Both the position numbers and the translations under genes were made by a program. A model generated the notes under the pieces. The model had not been told where the DNA came from. It saw nothing but the letters and a program-made list of their open reading frames with translations, and made no database searches. Positions 8,890 to 17,456 of a DNA stretch of 28,275 nt are shown here, piece by piece; the stretch's first letter is position 1; each line of letters starts with the position of its first letter. The stretch spans positions 1-28,275 of IMG/VR virus record IMGVR_UViG_3300007960_000132. One strand, written 5' to 3'. Source of the stretch: a virus (taxonomy: Duplodnaviria; Caudoviricetes).

Positions 8890-11313
8890 TTACTTAGGTT
8901 CGAAAGAACCTAATTTGAAATCGCCGCTAATTATATCGTTACCAGCTGATTCAAAATTTTGAGCCATACCGCCTTGCTGGCGTTGCTCTATGAGTTTGCT
9001 TTGTTGGCTAGCTTGGATTTTAGTTCTATCGTCCTTCCTATCCTCTTTATAGCTCTCTCTGTTTTTAAACACTTCTGACTCCATTTGCTTGAGCTTCATG
9101 TTTATCTCAAACTCATATTGCATTAGTTCTTTCTTGGCTTGCTTTTCCTGCTCAAGTCTTTGTGCCGCCAGTTGACTCTTTAATTGTTCCAACTGAGCTT
9201 TACTTTGAGTTTCAACCTGAACCTTCTGTGCTTCCGCTTGAATAGTAGCTTGCTGTGCCTGAGCATTCGCCATAGCTTGAGCTTGCATATTTTGCTGAGC
9301 CATAGCTTGATCCCGCTGCAACTTGCGTTTTCTTCTAACCTTAAGCAATTGATTCGCTAACTTTATATTCTTTATATCTCTAATGTCTATAGCGTCTTCT
9401 AGATCTATTGTTTGTTGAGCAAGTGCCATTTGAATATTATTTTCTAGCAGTTGCTTTTCTTCTTCATCTGGAGCTATATCTATAAAGATACCAAAGTCAT
9501 ACAAATGTAGAGAGGCGATTTCCTCTAAGGTAGCCACGTTGTGAGCACCAATCATCTGTATGAATGCTTCTCTAGTTGGCGAGTATTCAAGTACATCCGA
9601 TACTCTAAGTGATATTTTCTCAGCTATATCAACCGTTAAGAATAAACCAGCCTGCAAAATGTGTCTAGTAGCCGTATTCGAATTTGCTGCGGCGAGTTTC
9701 TGTACTCCAACCAAAGCGTCTTTAGCTGGCGTTGATGCGTCTCTAGCTTCGTTTAGACCTGTTACATCTCTTATCATCTGTAGATAATAGTTGTAAGTAC
9801 TGATTAGCTGAGGTATTTTGTTACCGCCTGAACCGCTCGTTATTTCTTGAATAGGAACTTTACCAGGGTTCATATCACCCTCTGAAGTAAAGGATCTACC
9901 GATAACAGAACCCGTCTGAAAGAACATGTTTAATGCTTCCTGTGGGTTATAGTTTGTTCCATTACCTAGATCAACCTCGGCCAAACCGTCAGCGTCTAAG
10001 TATATACCGTCTGGAACCATTCTAGAGAGAACCTGCTGTAGTTTCAAGTGCGTAAGCTGAATCATATCAGCAAAACCAGTTATTCTAGAAACTAAAGACT
10101 CTATTCTACCCTTATACATTCTAGGGGCAACAATGCTGTAATTCATGCGAACCTTAGTGAAATCACTCTTAGGTCTAAGCATGTTCTTAGCCATTTCCCA
10201 CTTCAATACTTTCTCAGTGCCAAGTACAAAAACACCTTCATACAACACCTCTAGCGATCTAGATATTTTAGAAAACTGTTCCGCTAACTCTGCTGGAGGA
10301 TTGAACTGATCATCCTTGATGATTATCTTACTAGCTCCAGTCGACGTCTCTTTTATCTTGTATACTTCGTTTGCGTAGGTCTTGAAGTTGAAGTAGAGAA
10401 GCTGCACGGTATTCACGTCTTTCTCATTATTCTCCCACGCTCCTCTACTATAAGCTCTAGTGTTTTGAACGCCTTGACCCATTATTTCTTCAAGATCCTC
10501 GTCACTAAGGTCAGGGAATTGCTTTTTCAACTCATTTACTGGAACCGTTTTAACCTCTCCAACGTAGTATATATCTTCGAAGTAAGGTGATTCAGTAAAA
10601 GAATAAACGAGATCGGCAGGATCAACGTACTCCACTTTGATACCCTCGCTCTTAGTGAACGTATCTTTAACACAGCCGATACCAAGAACAGTGAGATCAT
10701 AATTAAAGCGCTTCTTGATGTTTTCGTATTTATTACCTTCTAGTATAACGCTTATAGCCTGCTCTTCGGCTAGTTCTACACCCTGCTTGTAATTTAACTG
10801 CATGTGCACTTCTAGCTCGTCTTTATCGCCTGGTAATTCCTCTTTATTGTTTTCAAATAAGTTTACACCAAATGCTTCCGCTGCGAATTCATTGAGATCT
10901 TTAGTGGCCATGTCTCTCAAAATTGATTCCATATACTTGGTTCTCTTGGAAACACCATTTGGATCTTGAGAGAAAGCTTTTATATCAAACATTCTTTCCG
11001 AAATACCATTGACGACTATATCCACAAACTTTGGTATAATCGGCACTGGTTTCCAGTCTAGGTTTAGGTAAGATAAATCACCGTTTATCGCTAACTCGTC
11101 TTTATACTTTTGTATTGGTTGTTCACCTCTAGCATAAAGCCTCAAGCTGTGAAATACGTTTTGGTTGTTGTAAAACCTATTCACGCCGGAATCTCTGCGA
11201 AACCACTCGTGCTCGATAGCTTTAGCGACTTTTAAACCGTACTCTGCCGATGCTTTTTCAATGTCACTAGCTACTTGGCTAGGAAAGTAATTTTTTGCAA
11301 CTGATTCAGCCAT
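8890..11313 (-). CDS. Portal protein (807 aa)
   Basis: Immediately downstream of TerL. PIIPKFVDIVVNG, IRDVTGLNEARD and a long Gln-rich C-terminal helical barrel are typical of podovirus/crAss-like portals. Confidence 0.85.
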   Translation of the reverse strand: MAESVAKNYFPSQVASDIEKASAEYGLKVAKAIEHEWFRRDSGVNRFYNNQNVFHSLRLYARGEQPIQKYKDELAINGDLSYLNLDWKPVPIIPKFVDIVVNGISERMFDIKAFSQDPNGVSKRTKYMESILRDMATKDLNEFAAEAFGVNLFENNKEELPGDKDELEVHMQLNYKQGVELAEEQAISVILEGNKYENIKKRFNYDLTVLGIGCVKDTFTKSEGIKVEYVDPADLVYSFTESPYFEDIYYVGEVKTVPVNELKKQFPDLSDEDLEEIMGQGVQNTRAYSRGAWENNEKDVNTVQLLYFNFKTYANEVYKIKETSTGASKIIIKDDQFNPPAELAEQFSKISRSLEVLYEGVFVLGTEKVLKWEMAKNMLRPKSDFTKVRMNYSIVAPRMYKGRIESLVSRITGFADMIQLTHLKLQQVLSRMVPDGIYLDADGLAEVDLGNGTNYNPQEALNMFFQTGSVIGRSFTSEGDMNPGKVPIQEITSGSGGNKIPQLISTYNYYLQMIRDVTGLNEARDASTPAKDALVGVQKLAAANSNTATRHILQAGLFLTVDIAEKISLRVSDVLEYSPTREAFIQMIGAHNVATLEEIASLHLYDFGIFIDIAPDEEEKQLLENNIQMALAQQTIDLEDAIDIRDIKNIKLANQLLKVRRKRKLQRDQAMAQQNMQAQAMANAQAQQATIQAEAQKVQVETQSKAQLEQLKSQLAAQRLEQEKQAKKELMQYEFEINMKLKQMESEVFKNRESYKEDRKDDRTKIQASQQSKLIEQRQQGGMAQNFESAGNDIISGDFKLGSFEPK

Positions 11314-11315
11314 GG

Positions 11316-13532
11316 TTAATACTTAATAATTTCTGAAGAATAGCCATTGTTGGAATATCTAGCTATACCTAAATTTAGTTTTTCTTTTTCAACTTTCTGG
11401 GTTGGAGCGTATAAATGTCTATTACAAGCCATTATAGCGAGTCCAGAACTAATAGAAGCATCGTGCTTCGTTCTTTTATTTATATCGAATTTAGCCCAAT
11501 CATTGAGCGTGTCGTTGAAATACATAGTGCCAAATGTATCATTAGCAGGGTTGTAACCAACGTGATTCTCTATATACATTTCTATAGCCGCCGCGTGTGC
11601 TTGTTTTATATCCTCACTTGTGTTTGGTATACCACCTATCTCACGCTCTGTTATAGAAAGTTGATTAAATTTCTTATCAGGTCTGTTCATCGAGAAACCC
11701 CTGTAACCTCTTCTTCTTATATGGTATAAAAGCCTTGGCTTAGCATTTTCCGCCAAAACAGGCATACCATAAAATACTAAGGCCATTAAAACATCTTCAA
11801 AGAATATCTCAGCTGTTTGAGGTCTAGAGACATATTCAAGAAAAAATGTAGAAGGGGGCGCGTCCTCCATAGAGAACTTTGTCAACCCGTGCAGAGCTCC
11901 TTTCGATCCTTTTCCATCGACCGTTCCAGAGATGTCATACGAGTCGCATCCAAACGCCCCAATGTGTTCATTTCCCGGATACTTTATCCCATTCTTTAGA
12001 ATTACATTGTTTTGCAGATTTTTAGGTGGAAACCATGAAATTTTAAATCTGCCATTTCTATCTGGATTGAAAACAACCTCCGTATCCTTAATTCCATTAC
12101 GCCATTGGAAGTTTCCGACGTTTATGACGTTTGACGATTTAAGACCTTCATTGTGATCTATTTGATCATATATTTTAACGAGATTAAACAAGCTGTTTTT
12201 CATCTCATCCCTAAAGGCGTGTTCTTCAGTTCTTGGAAATTGTCTATAGAATTCGTTTAGACCATCTTGGTCGTGTTTTAAACCTTCTACTTCGTTTTCC
12301 CAGTGCTGTATTACGCCTTCATATATGTAATCTCCATACGGACCTTCAACTTCCTCGGTTGGTGTGTCAAACACTGGATGACCATATTTATCTATGAAAC
12401 CCTCGTAGTTCCACTCCATTGGTATAAACAGAGAATAAAGTCCAGATCTAGTTTGACCATTTTTGTTTCTCTGTGTAACATCTGAATCGTAATAAAGCTT
12501 TTTGAAATTATCACCACCTTTATCCAACGCGTTTGAAGTAGAACCCATCATGCATTTTCCTATGATTCTACTACCGAGTCTCAAACAAGTCTTTGTAACA
12601 CGCCAGTTGTTTAAGATGTTGTCAGGTTTTTCCCACTTTCCACTTTCGTCATGTACTAGTAATCTAAGTTTCTCACCGTCATACGAGTTATCACCTGTGT
12701 TCTTCCAGTCTATAGTGGTGTCAAGACCTTCAAGTTCTTCTCGAGTTTCAGAGCTAGATATAGATCTTCTAGTTAGTTTAGAAGCAGGAACCCTATACGC
12801 TAATTCTGTTTTAGGTCTATCCATACCATCTTGGATAGGTTTAAAAAAGAATGGGTAGTTAACAGATATTGGCACAACCTTATCTGTAAACATTTTTTTA
12901 GCGTCAGAACCCGTTTTAGAAAGTATACCAAATCTAGCATCACTAGATATAGTAGCCATATTAACCGTTTCACCAGAAGCCATAAAAGAAAAACCACTAC
13001 GTCTATTCTTTAAGTAGCACATTCCATATGCTCTACTGTCAGCTTTTACGGCTTCCCAGAAAATAAAAAACAACCTATTTGCCTCTCTAAAATCAGGGTT
13101 ACCAACGTCTATTTTAGACCACTGCAGGTACATGTAATGTGTGCCAGTTATGTATGTTGGTATACCCTTGTTTTCAAACCAAAATCCATTTTCACGCCTG
13201 TTGAACTCTTCGTCTATATAGTCTTCCCACTTGGCTTTAAAACTGTCATCCGTGTTTCTCCAGTCAAATATCGTCTTTATAGAACTTAGTTGTTTTGGAT
13301 ATTCAGATACTTCCCAAGTTCCAGAATCGAATTTTACTGGTTTTTCAACCTTTGGTAAAGCTATCTTTAGGTTTTGTATTTCGTATACCTCACCTATTTG
13401 ACCAGATTTGCTTATAACAACAACGTCGTGTTCTTTGTTGTAACCATACTTCCAACTCTTAGACTTGTTTAGTCTAGCTATAGTGTTGAGCTTTATTGGC
13501 TCTACTATTTTATATAGAGTTTGTTCGTACAT
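11316..13532 (-). CDS. terL: Terminase large subunit (738 aa)
   Basis: Walker A-type LKNRRSGFS, Walker B LLVHDESGK, motif III MGSTSN, nuclease acidic residues in FGCDSYD and KHDASISSGLA. Confidence 0.93.
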   Translation of the reverse strand: MYEQTLYKIVEPIKLNTIARLNKSKSWKYGYNKEHDVVVISKSGQIGEVYEIQNLKIALPKVEKPVKFDSGTWEVSEYPKQLSSIKTIFDWRNTDDSFKAKWEDYIDEEFNRRENGFWFENKGIPTYITGTHYMYLQWSKIDVGNPDFREANRLFFIFWEAVKADSRAYGMCYLKNRRSGFSFMASGETVNMATISSDARFGILSKTGSDAKKMFTDKVVPISVNYPFFFKPIQDGMDRPKTELAYRVPASKLTRRSISSSETREELEGLDTTIDWKNTGDNSYDGEKLRLLVHDESGKWEKPDNILNNWRVTKTCLRLGSRIIGKCMMGSTSNALDKGGDNFKKLYYDSDVTQRNKNGQTRSGLYSLFIPMEWNYEGFIDKYGHPVFDTPTEEVEGPYGDYIYEGVIQHWENEVEGLKHDQDGLNEFYRQFPRTEEHAFRDEMKNSLFNLVKIYDQIDHNEGLKSSNVINVGNFQWRNGIKDTEVVFNPDRNGRFKISWFPPKNLQNNVILKNGIKYPGNEHIGAFGCDSYDISGTVDGKGSKGALHGLTKFSMEDAPPSTFFLEYVSRPQTAEIFFEDVLMALVFYGMPVLAENAKPRLLYHIRRRGYRGFSMNRPDKKFNQLSITEREIGGIPNTSEDIKQAHAAAIEMYIENHVGYNPANDTFGTMYFNDTLNDWAKFDINKRTKHDASISSGLAIMACNRHLYAPTQKVEKEKLNLGIARYSNNGYSSEIIKY

Positions 13533-13810
13533 TACTTAGATCTTCTTTCAGCGAAACCTTTAAAGGCTTGTTTTTCTTCCCTTTCTATAGGCTTATCTTC
13601 AAGCCTAGCTTCTTCCTCCTGTATCCTAGATAGTATTTCAAAAGCATCGAAAATAGCTAATTTCTTGGTTGCTGCGGCGTTCTTTAACCTATCGGCAGAA
13701 ACGTCATCATCCGTATTAGTGATGATTTTCTCTTCAGCCACTTTTATAAGCTCCTCAACTGCCTTGTGCCCAGCTTGGATTATATTCCTTTTCGTTTCCT
13801 GTACGCTCAT
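13532..13810 (-). CDS. Small helical protein, candidate terminase small subunit (92 aa)
   Basis: ATG at 13810 (MSVQETKRNII) preferred over the TTG at 13822. All-helical character. Its stop overlaps the TerL start (TAATG). Function is inferred from position only. Confidence 0.5.
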   Translation of the reverse strand: MSVQETKRNIIQAGHKAVEELIKVAEEKIITNTDDDVSADRLKNAAATKKLAIFDAFEILSRIQEEEARLEDKPIEREEKQAFKGFAERRSK

Positions 13811-14363
13811 ATTTAATAGCAATATCTGAAGACGGAACTCTATACATTCTATTTCCGTCTATAATAAATTCATACTCACTCCTAGGCGTGAATCCAACAA
13901 CGTCCTCCTTGCTTAGTCCTTTACTAATAAGTAGATCATCCAAATGTTTTAAAACACCCATCAGCGGTTGTTCTTCGTTTGGCGTCCATTTTTCATTAAA
14001 TGACTTTATTGGCTTCACAAAGCAGAAACCATCTAGTGGCTTCCAATCTCCATCACGCTTAAACATGTACACTTGATCTGGAGCAACTATATATGCATCA
14101 TCACTGAAGTATGCCGCACTATTTTTTTCGTTACCTCTAACGTCGTAAAAGCGTCTAAACACGTTATGATGCACTATCACTTCATCACCTGGTTTAACAC
14201 CTGCACAACCAAGTTCTGGTATACCAATGACTATACCAACTCTATTTACATACTTATGATCTTGAAGATCAGTGCTAAGTAATAATTCCGAATCACCAAT
14301 CTTCTTAACGTTCGTTTTTCTAGACTCTTTTGGTCTTATTACGAAGTTAAATATTGATCTCAT
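13755..14363 (-). CDS. GroES-like protein with two tandem Cpn10-like domains (202 aa)
   Basis: Domain 1: MRSIFNFVIRP...VGIVIG...VKPGDEVIVH...YIVAPDQV. Domain 2: WKPLDGFCFVKP...GVLKH...GLSKEDVVGF...EFIIDGNRMYRVPSSDIA. Both follow the GroES pattern (kPL.drVlv...G.Vv.v...vk.GD.V.f...dg..y.i....dI). Confidence 0.6.
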   Translation of the reverse strand: MRSIFNFVIRPKESRKTNVKKIGDSELLLSTDLQDHKYVNRVGIVIGIPELGCAGVKPGDEVIVHHNVFRRFYDVRGNEKNSAAYFSDDAYIVAPDQVYMFKRDGDWKPLDGFCFVKPIKSFNEKWTPNEEQPLMGVLKHLDDLLISKGLSKEDVVGFTPRSEYEFIIDGNRMYRVPSSDIAIKYERTGNEKEYNPSWAQGS

Positions 14364-14593
14364 TAGTATTCTAGATTGTATTCTATGGCTATGCCCATAT
14401 TTTTATTAAACTCCTTCCAAGGTATAATTTCATCACTCTTTTGAATGAAGATAGTAAACTTGTCTGGATCCTCTGTTATATCACATATACAATGACCACC
14501 ATATACTTCTTGGCCAACAGAGTAATGCATCGCATCAACTTTATAGTCTCTACCGATGGTTATTTTTCTTATTAGTCTAGTTTGATTTTTCAT
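14363..14593 (-). CDS. Hypothetical phage protein (76 aa)
   Basis: ORF track. Stop overlaps the next start (TAATG). Globular beta-rich composition. Confidence 0.75.
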   Translation of the reverse strand: MKNQTRLIRKITIGRDYKVDAMHYSVGQEVYGGHCICDITEDPDKFTIFIQKSDEIIPWKEFNKNMGIAIEYNLEY

Positions 14594-14828
14594 CTAAAAT
14601 GTATTCACCGGTTTCTAAATCCAGCGAACCATGACCATACTTTTCAACAAGCTCACCCATGACGCCGCGAAGCTCATCGGTGGTTTCCTTAAGTTGGTCC
14701 ATGTGCTCGTCAATTCTTTCCTGTAGTGAGTATTTAGCAATGTATAAACCGCCAATTTCGCTTTTCAACTTATTTTGACGAGATCTAACAGAGTCTAAAA
14801 TCTCTCTTTGTTTCTTTGTTATTTTCAT
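14577..14828 (-). CDS. Small coiled-coil protein (83 aa)
   Basis: ORF track. Heptad pattern ending in KYGHGSLDLETGEY. Start overlaps the kdsA stop. Confidence 0.7.
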   Translation of the reverse strand: MKITKKQREILDSVRSRQNKLKSEIGGLYIAKYSLQERIDEHMDQLKETTDELRGVMGELVEKYGHGSLDLETGEYILDEKSN

Positions 14829-15640
14829 TTTAAAGCTGATTTTATTTTATTTAACTTGATTAACAAATCTTCCAACTTGCTTAGTTCCAGCATGTTTGCT
14901 CCATCACTAAGTGCTTCAGATGGATTCGGGTGTGTCTCTATAAAAAGACCATCAGCTCCAGCCGCTACACTTGCTTTGGCCATAGTCTCTATTAGGTGTG
15001 GTAGACCACCAGTTACACCAGATGACGTGTTAGGTTGTTGCAGCGAGTGTGTCGCGTCGTAAACTAGAGGAGCGTAATTCTTCATTACTGGGAAACCTCT
15101 AAAGTCAACCACGAGATCAGAGGGACCAAACGTCATGCCTCTTTCCGTTATAAGCACGTTCTCATTGCCAGTTGACATGACTTTCTGAACAGCAAATTTC
15201 ATTGCTTCTGGTGAAACAAATTGTCCTTTTTTTATATTGACTATCTTCCCAGATTCACCAGCGGCTAATAGTAAATCAGTTTGCCTGCACAAAAACGCCG
15301 GTATTTGAAGTACGTCTACAAAGTCAGAAGCCATTTCAACTTCTTCAACTGAGTGAACGTCCGTCATGGTTGGAACACCTAGCGTGTAGCGGACCTCGTC
15401 TATAGCGTTTAAAGCTTCAAAGTTGCCGATACCGGTGAACGAGTCTATTCTAGATCTATTAGCCTTTTTGTAACTAGCTTTAAAAACATAAGGAATATTA
15501 TGCTTTTTACATATGCTAGAAACAACCCTGGCGATCTCTAGTGGCATTTCTTTATTCTCCACTACACATGGTCCAGCAAATAAAAATAAACCGTCCCCAG
15601 ACGTTATATTATCATAGATTGTATTTGACTCTATGTTCAT
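14825..15640 (-). CDS. kdsA: 3-deoxy-D-manno-octulosonate 8-phosphate (KDO8P) synthase (271 aa)
   Basis: Complete motif set: AGPCVVE, FKASYKKANRS, QIPAFLCRQTDLL, NIKKGQF, TERG, DATHSLQQP, GLFIETHPNP, ALSDG. Confidence 0.96.
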   Translation of the reverse strand: MNIESNTIYDNITSGDGLFLFAGPCVVENKEMPLEIARVVSSICKKHNIPYVFKASYKKANRSRIDSFTGIGNFEALNAIDEVRYTLGVPTMTDVHSVEEVEMASDFVDVLQIPAFLCRQTDLLLAAGESGKIVNIKKGQFVSPEAMKFAVQKVMSTGNENVLITERGMTFGPSDLVVDFRGFPVMKNYAPLVYDATHSLQQPNTSSGVTGGLPHLIETMAKASVAAGADGLFIETHPNPSEALSDGANMLELSKLEDLLIKLNKIKSALK

Positions 15641-15641
15641 T

Positions 15642-16226
15642 TTAAACCCAGGTTTTGTTGTTCAGTAGGACTGGTATGTCTTTGTTTCTGCAAGACTTTA
15701 TTTTTTCCGCCCACCAATCTAACTTTTTAACAGTACAGTGAGCGTTTTCACCGTTTGGTAATGTAGCTACAGCTGGCGCTAAACCAACCTTTATCAGAAC
15801 AAGCTTAGATGCCTTTGAGAATATTCGATTCAAAACGTAATCTAAATCTTCTTCGTGAATATGCTCTAATACGTCGTAGCAAAGAACAGCGTCGTAAACT
15901 CCATCTGGTAAAACGTTATATTTCTCAACAGCTGGGTCATATAAACCAATTTCAACATTAAGGTATTCATGTAGCAATCCTTTTTCGTATTGTACTCCAG
16001 ATGCGCACCCATAATCAAGCATGGAAACACATTTGTATTTATCAAGAGCTTCTTTAATATGCTCCTTGGATCTATAAGTCGGGCTTATATTTACCAAACC
16101 AGTGTAACCCTGCTCCTCATGCATGATCTTATATTGATCAATGTATTCTTGGTATTTTTTAGATGGTCCCGCCGACTGTTTTCCTTTCAATATCGTCGTG
16201 ATCCAATTCAGTCCAGTAAATTTCAT
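15642..16226 (-). CDS. Class I SAM-dependent methyltransferase
   Basis: Motif I MLDYGCASG, then LYDPAV and YDAVLCYDVLEHI. Start is uncertain: 16226 overlaps the cupin gene by 68 nt, and a later Met (MHEEQG) is possible. Confidence 0.85.
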   Translation of the reverse strand: MKFTGLNWITTILKGKQSAGPSKKYQEYIDQYKIMHEEQGYTGLVNISPTYRSKEHIKEALDKYKCVSMLDYGCASGVQYEKGLLHEYLNVEIGLYDPAVEKYNVLPDGVYDAVLCYDVLEHIHEEDLDYVLNRIFSKASKLVLIKVGLAPAVATLPNGENAHCTVKKLDWWAEKIKSCRNKDIPVLLNNKTWV

Positions 16227-16503
16227 AGCAAACGCAATCTGTTAGTGCTTCAAAAGAGTGGTATAAACCGGGTTTAACTATAGTTAGTTCACCCTTATTG
16301 ACGATGGTCTCGTCTGTTAGCTCGTAAGCCTTTTGCTCAACCTTAATCTTTAGAGTGCCAGACTCCATGTAGAAAGCGTTGAACTTATTGTTGTGTTTAT
16401 GTGTAGAACAAAAACCACCTTTGTTGATTTCTATTCTATGGATCTCGAAATTGTGCTTCTGAAATATGTCTTCAGTGAAGCCCCAAACTTTACCCTGCTT
16501 CAT
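16159..16503 (-). CDS. Cupin-domain protein, mannose-6-phosphate isomerase type II C-terminal-like (114 aa)
   Basis: KVWG, CSTHKHNNKFNAFYMESG and VKPGLYHSFEAL cupin motifs. Confidence 0.85.
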   Translation of the reverse strand: MKQGKVWGFTEDIFQKHNFEIHRIEINKGGFCSTHKHNNKFNAFYMESGTLKIKVEQKAYELTDETIVNKGELTIVKPGLYHSFEALTDCVCYEIYWTELDHDDIERKTVGGTI

Positions 16504-17408
16504 TATTTCTTTTTTCTTACTTCAATAAACCAATCCTTGTATTTTTCTCTCTTAGTGGTCATGTACTCCAAATAAGAGTCAAGTTTCTCTTTCCAGTTTT
16601 CTTCTATTTGCGGGCAAATAATACCTGACTTAGGACTGGATAAAGTCTTGTTGATCCAAGGTTCTGGATTATCTCTATGCTCAAACAGAAATTTATTGAC
16701 GTGGTAAAAAGACCCTCGCTCAACGTTATTATAAACGTCGATTGGTTCAATCTCTTTTCCAAGACACGCTGCGTACATAGCTGATTCACTAATGTGAGTA
16801 GTGTAAACCTTATCAGCTTTCTGCATGAAGTGATACATGTCTATATCCCTAGGCAATATCAACTCCTCTCCGAATTGATCTTTTATCTCACCTATTACAG
16901 TGTGAGTCGTGATCGGGTGGGGTTTAAAATATACGTTGTCGCCGTGTAGCTTTTTGATGTGGATCAACTTATTCAAACAAGTGTTTGACTTTAATTTGTT
17001 TGACCCAGGTAACACTACTAGATTATCAACCTCTCTGTACCTTGAGAAATCAGTACCTCTATCCTGGTACTTATTAGACATGTTCTTCTCAATGTTTGAT
17101 CTAAAATAAGAAGCGAAGTCAATAACTTTAGATTCATCTATATCTTTATCATCATACGCATCCATAATCTGCGTAAGTCTAAAGTCCAGATTGAGAGGGT
17201 GTATCATAAAACAAGTAGCGTATTCTGTATACGCAAATGTTCTAAAATACGGTATCTCCTGAGCTAACACATCGTAGCTAGTCTCTATGTTATACTTCTT
17301 AACTTGACGCAAGAAGTATCTTTCAACATCGCGAAGAGGGTCTAGGGCCTTACTTTTCTTTAGAGACCCTATCCTCTGCTTAGCGACGTTCTCGTTAAAC
17401 ATTTCCAT
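16503..17408 (-). CDS. Putative glycosyltransferase of the capsule-synthesis (KpsS/KpsC-like, GT-B, HP-motif) type (301 aa)
   Basis: The C-terminal half has VYFKPHP and FMQKADKVYTTHISESAMYAACLGKEI, matching the 'KxHP...ad.V.t..S..g.eAl..gKpv' pattern of CMP-sugar-using GT-B enzymes. Co-located with kdsA. Confidence 0.55.
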   Translation of the reverse strand: MEMFNENVAKQRIGSLKKSKALDPLRDVERYFLRQVKKYNIETSYDVLAQEIPYFRTFAYTEYATCFMIHPLNLDFRLTQIMDAYDDKDIDESKVIDFASYFRSNIEKNMSNKYQDRGTDFSRYREVDNLVVLPGSNKLKSNTCLNKLIHIKKLHGDNVYFKPHPITTHTVIGEIKDQFGEELILPRDIDMYHFMQKADKVYTTHISESAMYAACLGKEIEPIDVYNNVERGSFYHVNKFLFEHRDNPEPWINKTLSSPKSGIICPQIEENWKEKLDSYLEYMTTKREKYKDWFIEVRKKK

Positions 17409-17456
17409 TGGATATTTTATTTAAGTTAAATGTTATTCAAATATATGCTTATTTTC

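Noticed and set aside
16159-16226. Programmed frameshift fusing the cupin and the methyltransferase
   Set aside because: There is a 68-nt overlap and an A-run at the cupin stop, but each ORF has its own possible start and I saw no convincing slippery site plus structure. Unsupported without homologue comparison.
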